Below are positions 1 to 8,541 of a stretch of 64,000 nt of DNA, piece by piece. This stretch comes from Acidimicrobiia bacterium (lineage in GTDB: Bacteria > Actinomycetota > Acidimicrobiia > IMCC26256 > JAGNEX01): positions 464,776 to 528,775 of the forward strand of contig JACJWE010000002.1 in NCBI GenBank assembly GCA_020637365.1. Direction: 5' to 3'. Within the stretch, counting starts at the first letter, position 1. Every line of letters starts with the position of its first letter. The position numbers and the translations under genes were made by a program. Below the pieces are notes generated by a model. The model was not told the DNA's origin. It saw only the letters and a program-made list of their open reading frames with translations, and did no database searches.

Positions 1-1149
1 GGCCTTACTCAGTCGCGGTGAGCGCAGATCGGCGTCGACGACCATCGTCGACGTCCCCGATTCGGCGGACTCCATCGCGACGTTGGCCGCAATCCCGGCG
101 TTGTGGTCGATGTCATCGGCCGAAACCAGGGTTAACGCTCGCATGGATTCGCGTTCGGCAACGACGGCGAGGGTCGTCGAAATCGCTCGATACGCTTCGA
201 GTGTCGGACCGTGGGTGAGCACGGTGTCAGACGCCCTGCCGCCAGCTGGCAAGCGGCCCAGCACAGGCAGCGGACGCACCAACGATTCGAGTTCGTTCTC
301 ATCGTGAATCGTCTCGTCGAAGATGTCGACGAGCAGAACCAGCCCGATAGCGAGGATCAGCCCCATGGTGATCCCGATACCGATATTGCGGTACAAACCG
401 CGCGAATCGGAGCCTCCCGGCGTTGTGGCGCTGTCGACCACGCGGACACCACCGGTCACGAGCTCTGCGTCGACCTCGGCCTGATCAGCGTAGGCCTGGA
501 GTTCGCGCGCTCGGTCGAGCAGCGATGTGCGTTCAGCGATCAGCGATCCGGTCATGAGTTCGGTGATCTGCGGGTTCTCATCTGTTTGAGACTCGGCAAG
601 ATCGAGTATCTCTTGGTCGAGCTCTGCAACCTTGGCGTTGATCGTTTCGATCTGAGCCGTAATACCGCTCGCTGAATCCTTGAGAATCGCAGTCGATTCT
701 TCCTGCCGAGCAGCGATGTAGGCCTCGACGATCGCTGTCGCCGCCTTCTTGGCGACCGCCTGATCACGGGTGCGTACCGAGATCTGAAGGACATCGGAAT
801 CGTTGATCGCTTTGACCGAGACCGAGTACACCGAACTGGCGTCCTTGCCAAGCGCTTCGGCAGCTCTCGCCCGAATCGGGTCGGATTGGACGATCTCGGC
901 CTCGGTGTCGAGTTCACGTGCCGCCGAGAACGGGTTCGTCAAGCGAATGTCGTTGCGGGAGAACGCCGTCTCGCTCGCACCTTCGACCAGGCGGACCTTG
1001 GCGCTCGAGGAGTAGAGCTTGGGTTGACGCATCGTCCAGGCGGTGCCAGCGAGAGCGCCGACCAGACCCGCGATCACCAGCACCCGCCACCGACGCGCCA
1101 ACACGCGGAAGTAGCGCCGGATATCAAATTCTTCATTGTCGTAGGACAC
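1..1149 (-). CDS. Polysaccharide chain-length determinant (Wzz-type) with BY-kinase-like C-terminal domain; 3' end runs off the window
   Basis: Own translation of the minus strand from GTG at 1149 (GAGG upstream). It reads VSYDNEEFDIRRYFRVLARRWRVLVIAGLVGALAG (TM1), a long coiled-coil-like middle, LYRNIGIGITMGLILAIGLVLLV (TM2), then MVVDADLRSPRL (Walker A' of BY-kinases). Absent from the ORF track because there is no stop codon inside the window. Confidence 0.7.
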   Translation of the reverse strand, partial: MSYDNEEFDIRRYFRVLARRWRVLVIAGLVGALAGTAWTMRQPKLYSSSAKVRLVEGASETAFSRNDIRLTNPFSAARELDTEAEIVQSDPIRARAAEALGKDASSVYSVSVKAINDSDVLQISVRTRDQAVAKKAATAIVEAYIAARQEESTAILKDSASGITAQIETINAKVAELDQEILDLAESQTDENPQITELMTGSLIAERTSLLDRARELQAYADQAEVDAELVTGGVRVVDSATTPGGSDSRGLYRNIGIGITMGLILAIGLVLLVDIFDETIHDENELESLVRPLPVLGRLPAGGRASDTVLTHGPTLEAYRAISTTLAVVAERESMRALTLVSADDIDHNAGIAANVAMESAESGTSTMVVDADLRSPRLSKA

Positions 1150-1548
1150 GAGTACCTCAACACACCAGATCGGCGCCTGTTCAGACGTCCGTGGTTTTTC
1201 GGAGACTTGTTAATCACCGCGTGTTGGGGGCTGGCCAGAAGTTGGGGACCGACCGCATGGGCGGCTCATGCCCACGCTGCGCGTTCTCGCTGCGAGCGAT
1301 GTGGTGCGGGGGAAAGCCAGATCGAATTATGGACCGAGTCGCTTGCGATTCGGCATCCCGGGATGACCTCTTAGGTTCGGCAACGTCCTCCGTTATCCCC
1401 CTCATAACCACACGCTTCGACACCATGTCGATGCATGGAAAACCACTCAGCGTGATGTCTTCGGGTTTGGGCTGTTCAGGCACATACCGACCTCATTCGG
1501 GGCACCCGTCGACACCTGTTCTGCGGTGCTCCCAAACCGTGACGACGC

Positions 1549-3408
1549 CTATGGATTCAGGCACTGCAAGGACCGCACGTAGAACTCCGCGGGCAGATTG
1601 GCGTCGCCTGCCTGGAGCATGGTTTGGAGCCGTTCGGGCGGCACGGTGTCGACCAACTGCTGGGCAACGCAGCGCGCTCCGGCTTCTGGCAGACCCTGAT
1701 CGACCCCGAAGGTCACCAACGCTGAGACGACATCCGCTGTCGCGACCGTGGTCGGTACACAGGATTCGACCAACGCCACCCACTCTTCGGGCGGTTCGGG
1801 AGTGGGGTTCAGCGCCCACGCAACCAGGTCGTTGATGGGGACCGAACCGAGGAGGGCGTCCGCTCCGCACGTGGCCTGATCGCTGGTAAAGCCTGCTTGA
1901 ACGCCAGCATCGACGAGCACGGGGCGCACATCGGCAGGAGCGAGCGGCGGAACGGCACCGCACCGGTACATCGCGGCAACCACCGGTTCGGGCAGGGTAC
2001 TGACCGGGCCCTGCCCCAGCGCCAGGATGCTCGACAAGCTCATCGTCTGAAGCATGTCATCGGCCAGACAGCTCGCCTGGGCTTGAGCAATCCCCGTTCC
2101 CAGGGCGACCTCGACGATGACCGGACGGATCTGCTCAGGTGTTGGCTGCGCATCTGGTGACACACCGCACCGTTGACCAGCGGCCAGGAAGGAGTCGGGA
2201 AGCTCGGTCGGCGGATTCTCTGCCAAAGCAACGATGTCGGGCACGGGCACGGTCGCCAAAATCTGATCGACGACACAGGTCGACTGATCGCTGCTCAAAC
2301 CCGCGTCGCGTGCGACCTTGAGCATCTCGGGACGGATCTGTTGGGCGGTGATCGGCAGACCACCACAGGCTTTGGCCGCGGTCAGGAACTCGGCTGGAAC
2401 GTCCTCGGTTGGATGTTCGGCAAACGCCAGGATCTGGTCGATCGAGGCAGTGTTCAACAGTTGATGTGAGAAGCAGTCGGCCTGTTCACGCGACACCCCG
2501 GCCTCGACGACGACCTGGGCGATCAGCGGCTGGAGTTGCGCCGCGGTTAACGGCATACCCGAAGCCGCTTCGGGCGCGCACCGTCTGACCGCATCGATGA
2601 TCGGCTGCGGCAGATCGTCGCTCGGTTCGAGAGCAAAGTTGACGATCCCATCGACGGTCCAGTTCGTCAACACATCCTCGGCCAAGCACTGCGCTTGGGA
2701 CGGTGTTGCCCCGAACTCTTGGACGACGCTGACGATCAGCGGACCGAGATCTTCCTTGGTGACGGGGATCTCGCCACAGACGCGAGCCGCGTCCAGCACG
2801 ACGGGCGGCACGTCATCTTGGAGCCCATCCGCGATCGCCAGAATCTCGGCCGGGGTCGACCGGTCGAGAAGTTCATCGGCGAAGCACGACGCCGACGCGG
2901 CGTCATAGCCAGCGGAACGGACCACCTTGACGATCTCACCGCGCATCGCATCGGCGGTCAGCTCATCGGGAAGCGCACCACACGCGTCCAGCGCTTCGAG
3001 GGCGCCACCTGGCAACACCTCCGACGGTGCGGCGGCAAAGCGCAGGATCTCGTCTGTCGGAACCCGACTCACGATTTGTTGGGACAGGCATTCGGCCTGA
3101 CTCTGAGTAGCGCCGAGCTCTAAGGCGAACGCGACGATCTGACCGGGGATCATCTCGGTGGCGACGTCGAGGCCATCCTGTCCCCCAACCGGCAACCCGG
3201 TGCCGATGAGATCGGTATATGGCGGACGTTCCTCAAGGCGTTCGGGCACCGTGGTCGTACTCGTGACGGGGACTTGCCTCGTCGACACCTCTGCGAGCGG
3301 ATGTGGGTCCGATGAGCACGCCGCGACGACGAGCATCAGCACCACGGCCGCAGCGGCCACGGCAAGGTACTTCACGGAACGGGTCAGGGGGGTCGATCGA
3401 TGATTCAT
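1549..3408 (-). CDS. Secreted lipoprotein built from eight tandem ~65-aa repeats, each with two conserved Cys; function unknown
   Basis: 619-aa ORF. N-terminus KYLAVAAAAVVLMLVVAAC|SSD has a signal peptide plus lipobox. Eight repeats follow the pattern ..G....QA.C....LL......I...A..P....P......C G..P. The start ATG overlaps the stop of the upstream methyltransferase (ATGA at 3405-3408). Confidence 0.75.
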   Translation of the reverse strand: MNHRSTPLTRSVKYLAVAAAAVVLMLVVAACSSDPHPLAEVSTRQVPVTSTTTVPERLEERPPYTDLIGTGLPVGGQDGLDVATEMIPGQIVAFALELGATQSQAECLSQQIVSRVPTDEILRFAAAPSEVLPGGALEALDACGALPDELTADAMRGEIVKVVRSAGYDAASASCFADELLDRSTPAEILAIADGLQDDVPPVVLDAARVCGEIPVTKEDLGPLIVSVVQEFGATPSQAQCLAEDVLTNWTVDGIVNFALEPSDDLPQPIIDAVRRCAPEAASGMPLTAAQLQPLIAQVVVEAGVSREQADCFSHQLLNTASIDQILAFAEHPTEDVPAEFLTAAKACGGLPITAQQIRPEMLKVARDAGLSSDQSTCVVDQILATVPVPDIVALAENPPTELPDSFLAAGQRCGVSPDAQPTPEQIRPVIVEVALGTGIAQAQASCLADDMLQTMSLSSILALGQGPVSTLPEPVVAAMYRCGAVPPLAPADVRPVLVDAGVQAGFTSDQATCGADALLGSVPINDLVAWALNPTPEPPEEWVALVESCVPTTVATADVVSALVTFGVDQGLPEAGARCVAQQLVDTVPPERLQTMLQAGDANLPAEFYVRSLQCLNP

Positions 3409-4076
3409 GCCAGTGCCTTGTCTGCGGTAATCAGCATGTTTCCCGAGAGGAGCTCGCGCACGACCCGGGATGTGCGGTATCGGTTCAGTAGCGGCCTGAT
3501 CCTTCCGCCTTGGAGTTCGATCAGCGCGCTGTTGCTGACCGTCTCAAAACCAGCATCGCTGAGGATCTGAGCAACATCGTCATGTGTGAAGTAGTGCACG
3601 TGGCCGTCATCCCACACACCGTCGCGATCATCGTCGTTGGCGGTTCGGGGCCCTCGACCCTTGACCAAGAGCCGGTAGACGTGTTTGAGATAGCGAACGT
3701 TGGGGGTGGTGACGATGAAACGCCCACCGGGCGCCAACACGTCGAGCACGGCGCGCGCAAAGCCCACCGGATCGAGGATGTGCTCGATCACCTGATTGGC
3801 GAGAACCAGGTCGACCGAGCCGGGGGCCAAGGGCAGATGTGTCGCGAGATCGCCCTGAACGAACTCCCACCCTTCAGCGACATCGTCGCGTGCGTGGAGG
3901 CGCCCGGTGTATCGATCGATACCGACGGCAAGATCGAAACGATGTCGAACATCGTCAAGAAATGTACCGGCACCACAGCCCACGTCGAGTACGACTTTTC
4001 CCGGTTGGATGAGCGCCAAAATTCGCGGGTCTTTACCCGGACGAGCATCGACGAGAGATGCTGCTCTTTGAGCCAT
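3405..4076 (-). CDS. Class I SAM-dependent methyltransferase
   Basis: Motif I VLDVGCGAGTF, followed by LVLANQVIEH and LAPGGRFIVTTPN. Start chosen at ATG 4076 because AAGGAGG lies 9 nt upstream; the ORF track start at 4145 is also possible. Confidence 0.8.
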   Translation of the reverse strand: MAQRAASLVDARPGKDPRILALIQPGKVVLDVGCGAGTFLDDVRHRFDLAVGIDRYTGRLHARDDVAEGWEFVQGDLATHLPLAPGSVDLVLANQVIEHILDPVGFARAVLDVLAPGGRFIVTTPNVRYLKHVYRLLVKGRGPRTANDDDRDGVWDDGHVHYFTHDDVAQILSDAGFETVSNSALIELQGGRIRPLLNRYRTSRVVRELLSGNMLITADKALA

Positions 4077-4204
4077 GTCAGCTCGCCTCCTTGACTGCAT
4101 TGACGTGCTCGGCTCGAGGTGTTTGAGCGATGGGAGCGCCAGCAACGGCAGATCGATAGATATCGATCAGCCGCATCGTTGATTGTTCGGGACGGAAGGT
4201 CGCT

Positions 4205-5325
4205 TCATAGCGGGCACGTCCGGCTGATCCCTTGTCTGCGCTCTTGCGCGGATGCGCCATGCGCCATGACAAGACCGCAGGCGAGGCCGTCCACCGTTGG
4301 AGGCACCGACCAGCCCACCGAATCATCAACCAGTTCAGCCAACGCTCCCGCCGTGGTCGCAAGCACCGGGCGACCCGACGCCATCGCTTCGACGGCGGTA
4401 AGACCGAACGGCTCCTCCCAGATGGAGGGAACGACGATCACCGCGTGTTGATCAAACTGCTCCGCCAGGTCATCGGAGTTGAGCCGACCGAGAAGGGCAA
4501 CCGAGGCGAACCGGGCCGATCGATCGCGAAGCTCCGCGGTGAGCTCGCCATCCCCAATCAACGTCAGCCTCGTCCGGCCATCGAGTCCAGACCGTTCCCC
4601 CCCGTCGAGCAGCGCCAACAGCCCTTTCGGCGCGTCGAGCCGCGAGGCGACCACGAAGCCGCTCGCCGAGGAACGAGCCTCCCCGATGGTGGGGCGCTCT
4701 TCGAAGCGATCGGGTACGCCGTGATAGTTGACGACGATACGGTCGGGCTGGAAGCCCTGTTCGATCAGGTAGTTCTTGACCGTGTGTCACTGATGGCAAT
4801 GATGGTGTCGGCCTGCTTCCACAATGGCGAAATGAACCGCTGCGACAGCATCATCGATGCCGATAGCGCCATTGAGTTGCTGGCGCACCTATGCCTGAGT
4901 CCGGCAATCGGCCATTTCGTATCTATGCAGTTCCGACACGGTTGACCATCACGAAACAGCGTGCCCGCCATACATCCATGGCGAAAGTTGTGGACCGTAT
5001 GGACGACCGGGATGTTGCGCCGCTTTGCTTCCTCGATGATCCTGGGAGAAATCAGCGGGTAGACGTTGTGGATGTGCACGAGGTCGGGCCGCTGGCGTTC
5101 CAGCACGTCACGCACTCGCCGTCGTTGATCACCACCGGTGATCGGATTGAGGACGGTCCGTGCCTTGTCGAGCGTCGAAGCGTCCTCGACGTCATCGTTG
5201 TATGCGTCAAACGCGACGACATCGACGCCTCGTGACCCGAGTTCACGACGCTCGAACTCAACCACCTTGTTCTCACCAGAAGGAAGTCTGGATCGGTAGT
5301 GGTTGTGCACGTGGAGCACTCTCAT
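4205..5325 (-). pseudogene. GT4 (GT-B fold) glycosyltransferase split by a frame shift near 4780-4790
   Basis: N-terminal piece is 4765-5325 (MRVLHVHNHYRSRLPSGENKVV...DTIIAISD). C-terminal piece is in another frame and continues directly (..TVKNYLIEQGFQPDRIVVVNYHGVPDRF...EEPFGLTAVEAMASGRPVLATTAGALAELV). The junction sits at an ACACAC run. Confidence 0.75.
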
Positions 5326-6140
5326 TCTGCCGCGAGGACCTGTTGGGTTGCGGTGTCGCCGTCGCTCGGGTCACCGGTCGACGATGCGCTGGTGCCACCA
5401 CCCACCTCCGAAAGACCCTCACCGAAACCGACCCGCTGGCCAGCGTCTGGCGATACGAAGCCGTACTCCCCATAAAAGTCGCGCTGGAGGTACTCCTCAC
5501 CGACGGGCATCACGGGCCGGGCCGGGTTACCCGCGTAGATCATCTCGGGTTCGGTCACGCGCATACCCGGGACCGTGCCCATCGCCAGCACGGCGTGTCG
5601 CGGCACGCGAGTTCCCGGGCGGATCAAACAATTGGAAGCGGCCATCGAGCCGTACTCGAAGACCACCCCAGCGGTCACCTGCTTTTGGGTGACCCAGTCG
5701 GGTTGATGAGTAAAGATCGTTGAGCGGACACCGCCGATGCCGGAAATATCTTCGAAGGTCAATCCACCCGAACAGTCGATGAAATGACGGATCGTGATCA
5801 CGCAGTTGCGGCCCATCTTCAAGAACCCCGGCGCGACGTCGGGTGTGGCGTCGCGAAACACGGCGGCGACTCGCACCCAGTTGTAACGGCCGATCTGGGA
5901 GCGTTCGGCCATTTCCACCTTGCGAAGGCGCAGAATCATGGTGAAGTGATCGATGGTGGCGTGCTCGCCCATACTGAGCTCTTCGACATCGACCATGGAC
6001 CATCCGATCCGAGCGGTCGGTGCCAAATGCCATCCAAAGGCGCGCCGAAAGACGAATCGGCGGACCTTCCACGGCAACAACATCACCGCCATTTGCACCA
6101 GAACTCGTGCTGTTCGGTTCTTGACCATGTCGTTCAACAT
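5322..6140 (-). CDS. Left-handed beta-helix (hexapeptide-repeat) acyltransferase, WcaF-like
   Basis: 272-aa ORF with an N-terminal hydrophobic segment. Contains hexapeptide-type repeats (IGRYNWVRVAA..., MGRNCVITIRH..., VVFEYGSMAASNCLIRPGTRVPRHAVLAMGTV). Has a 4-nt overlap with the downstream GT4. Confidence 0.7.
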   Translation of the reverse strand: MLNDMVKNRTARVLVQMAVMLLPWKVRRFVFRRAFGWHLAPTARIGWSMVDVEELSMGEHATIDHFTMILRLRKVEMAERSQIGRYNWVRVAAVFRDATPDVAPGFLKMGRNCVITIRHFIDCSGGLTFEDISGIGGVRSTIFTHQPDWVTQKQVTAGVVFEYGSMAASNCLIRPGTRVPRHAVLAMGTVPGMRVTEPEMIYAGNPARPVMPVGEEYLQRDFYGEYGFVSPDAGQRVGFGEGLSEVGGGTSASSTGDPSDGDTATQQVLAAE

Positions 6141-6161
6141 CCTTCTTTGTTGGGTAACGCT

Positions 6162-7487
6162 TCAGTTGCTGAGGAGGCGGTCGCTCGTGCTGGGCGACCC
6201 ACGACGGATCCGGGTCGGCACATCGGCAGCCTGAAACAGTTCGAGCATCCGATCGGTAACCACATGGGAGGAGAACGTGCGTTCCGCGTAGTCCCGAGCG
6301 TTTCGCCCGATGTCGGCCCGTTCCTGTGCCGACATCGACACAATCCGGCGTACCTCGGCGATGAATTCCGCCTCATCCTCGGGGTTGACGCAGCTACCTG
6401 CACCCTGACTATCGATGATCTGAGCAGCCAAGTTGCTCGTGGGCATCGACCCGACGATCGGTCGGCCGGCGCAGAGGTATGAGAGCACCTTGGACGGCAC
6501 CGAGAAGTCACCGGCGTCGTGGGTGAGCAGCGCCAACAAGACATCGGCGCTGCCGAGCACTTCGGGCAGCCATTCATATGGCTGAAACGGCAGCAACACC
6601 AGGTTGTTCAGCGCCTCAGGGCGCTCCGCCTTGGCCCGTGCCAACACATCGGCGCCCACTCCCTCGCTGATCACGATCACACGCGCGCTGGGGATGTCCG
6701 AGAGTGCTTCGGCCAGGCCACTCAGTAGATCTGGGTTGTGCTTCAGCCCGAGCGTGCCCGAGTAGATGAGGTTGATCGTCTCGCCAACTCCCTGGTCATC
6801 GGCCCAATGGTTGTGGCGATCAACCAGCGGGTAGTCCTCGAAGATCGCCCAATTCGGAAGCACCGTGCATTTGCTCGCGGGAGCGCCCATTTCTTCGACC
6901 ATGGCAAGGTGCGCCGGTGAGATCAGGACGAGGTGGTCGGCTGAGTTCACCAGCCGACGCTCCATCCGTTCATAGAAACGGCCAACCAGATCACCGGCGC
7001 GTCCGAGACGTTCCGACAAGATCCGCCGCGACGCAATGCCGTAGAAGTCCTGAATCCAAAAGACCATCTTGGAATCGTTGGCCGTGCACCATGCGGAAAT
7101 CTTGCGCATGACATCGAGCGGGGTGTTGGCGACCAGCACCACCGAGGGCTGAAGGCGGTCCAATTCTCTGACGGCTCGTTTTGCCCATTCAAGCTCTTGG
7201 CTTCGGCGCTTCAGCCAGGAGTACTTAGCGAATTCCTGGTCGAGCGACACGCCGATCAGCCAATTTGATTGCTGATATCCATCCGCCGAGGAGGACATGT
7301 TGGGGCCTTGAAACGAAGACGAATAGAGGTAGGCAACGTCATGGCCAAGCTCGCGTAACTGTTCGACGCCGCGTTTAAGAAACGGGTGATTGGCGTAGTC
7401 GATCAAGACGGCACCGTGAAAGATCCGGTTCGACTCATAAGGGTCCGCGTGGCGTTCGGCTGAACGCTGGGGTGATGGTTTTGTCAT
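6162..7487 (-). CDS. GT4 glycosyltransferase, WcaI/WbuB-like
   Basis: 441-aa ORF. C-terminal GT-B half reads LIYSGTLGLKHNPDLL...LLPFQPYEWLPEVLGSADVLLALL...FSVPSKVLSYLCAGRPIVG. Confidence 0.75.
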   Translation of the reverse strand: MTKPSPQRSAERHADPYESNRIFHGAVLIDYANHPFLKRGVEQLRELGHDVAYLYSSSFQGPNMSSSADGYQQSNWLIGVSLDQEFAKYSWLKRRSQELEWAKRAVRELDRLQPSVVLVANTPLDVMRKISAWCTANDSKMVFWIQDFYGIASRRILSERLGRAGDLVGRFYERMERRLVNSADHLVLISPAHLAMVEEMGAPASKCTVLPNWAIFEDYPLVDRHNHWADDQGVGETINLIYSGTLGLKHNPDLLSGLAEALSDIPSARVIVISEGVGADVLARAKAERPEALNNLVLLPFQPYEWLPEVLGSADVLLALLTHDAGDFSVPSKVLSYLCAGRPIVGSMPTSNLAAQIIDSQGAGSCVNPEDEAEFIAEVRRIVSMSAQERADIGRNARDYAERTFSSHVVTDRMLELFQAADVPTRIRRGSPSTSDRLLSN

Positions 7488-7502
7488 GATCCTTTGAGCT
7501 GC

Positions 7503-8473
7503 TCAGCGGGACTGAGCAACGAGCTCCATTCCGCGAATCGTTCCGTCTTGCTGGCTCGTGAACCACTCATAGGTCCGAGCCAAGCCATCGCTCAGCGGCG
7601 TCACCGCCGACCAGCCCAGCTCGGCGAGGCGATCGACGTTCAACACCTTGCGAGGCATGCCATCTGGTTTGCTCGTATCGAAGACCAGCTCCGCATCGGG
7701 AATAACGATCGACCGAAGCGTCTCAGCCAACTCAGAAATGGTGACGTCTGTGCCGGTTCCCACATTGATGTGGTCGTGATCGCTGTAGTTGTTCATCAAG
7801 AACACGCAGGCGTCGGCCATATCTTCGACATAGAGGAATTCGCGCATCGGCGATCCGGTCCCCAGATCTCGACCTGCGTCGCTCCAGCGAGTTTTGCGTC
7901 GTGGAACTTGCGGATGAGCGCGGGGACGACGTGACTCGATGTCAGGTCAAAGTTGTCAAACGGGCCGTACAGGTTGGTCGGCATCGCCGAAATGAAGTCG
8001 CAGCCGTACTGTTGGCGATAGGCCTGGCACAACTTGATGCCGCTGATCTTGGCAATCGCGTACCACTCATTGGTCGGTTCGAGCGGCCCGGTCAGTAGCT
8101 GTGCTTCGTCGATCGGTTGATGTGCCTGGCGCGGGTAGATACACGACGAGCCCAGATAGAGAAGCTTGCGAACGCCACTGAGATAACTGGCATGCACGAC
8201 CGTCGCATGGATCAGCATGTTGTCGTAGATGAATTCGGCTGGCCGCGTTGAGTTGGCCATGATGCCGCCGACGGTTCCAGCCGCGAGGAAGACGATGTCT
8301 GGCCGTTCGCGTTGGAAGTAGTCGTTGACCGCCGCTTGATTGCGAAGGTCGAGTTCATCTCGGCTGGCGGTGAGAATGTTCTGGAATCCGTCGGCCTGCA
8401 GTCGCCGCACCAAGGCGGAACCGACGAGGCCTCGGTGTCCGGCAACGAAAATTTTGTCTGTGGTTCGCATCAA
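7503..8473 (-). pseudogene. fcl: GDP-L-fucose synthase (GDP-4-keto-6-deoxymannose 3,5-epimerase/4-reductase) with a 1-nt frame shift near 7855-7864
   Basis: Piece 7796-8473 reads [19 protein letters not shown]...SSCIYP...[15 protein letters not shown]...VEIWG. Piece 7503-7847 continues in another frame: [19 protein letters not shown]...PDGMPRKVLNVDRLAELGW. The sequence tggggaccggatcgccgatgcgc would read WG(T)GSPMREF if one base were added in the G run. Confidence 0.85.
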
Positions 8474-8541
8474 GGTATTTCCCCCTCATTGCGGGCGCGC
8501 CACGCGCATGTGGCGATGAGCACCCGCTCGTCGCGTCGAGG

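Noticed and set aside
1214-1483. 89-aa minus-strand ORF in the gap between the repeat lipoprotein and the wzz-like gene
   Set aside because: No recognisable motif, no evident ribosome-binding site and no signal or TM features. More likely this is an untranslated leader, so it is left unannotated.
918-1835. 305-aa plus-strand ORF (Arg/Pro/Ser-rich)
   Set aside because: It runs antisense to the Wzz/BY-kinase-like gene, which I could translate into a coherent membrane protein. Its composition (RRRP, SRS runs) is typical of wrong-frame reading in high-GC DNA.
4780-4790. Programmed ribosomal frameshifting as the explanation for the split genes
   Set aside because: No slippery heptamer plus downstream structure was seen at any junction. 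The affected genes are unrelated and not known to use recoding. Indels at short runs are the simpler explanation.
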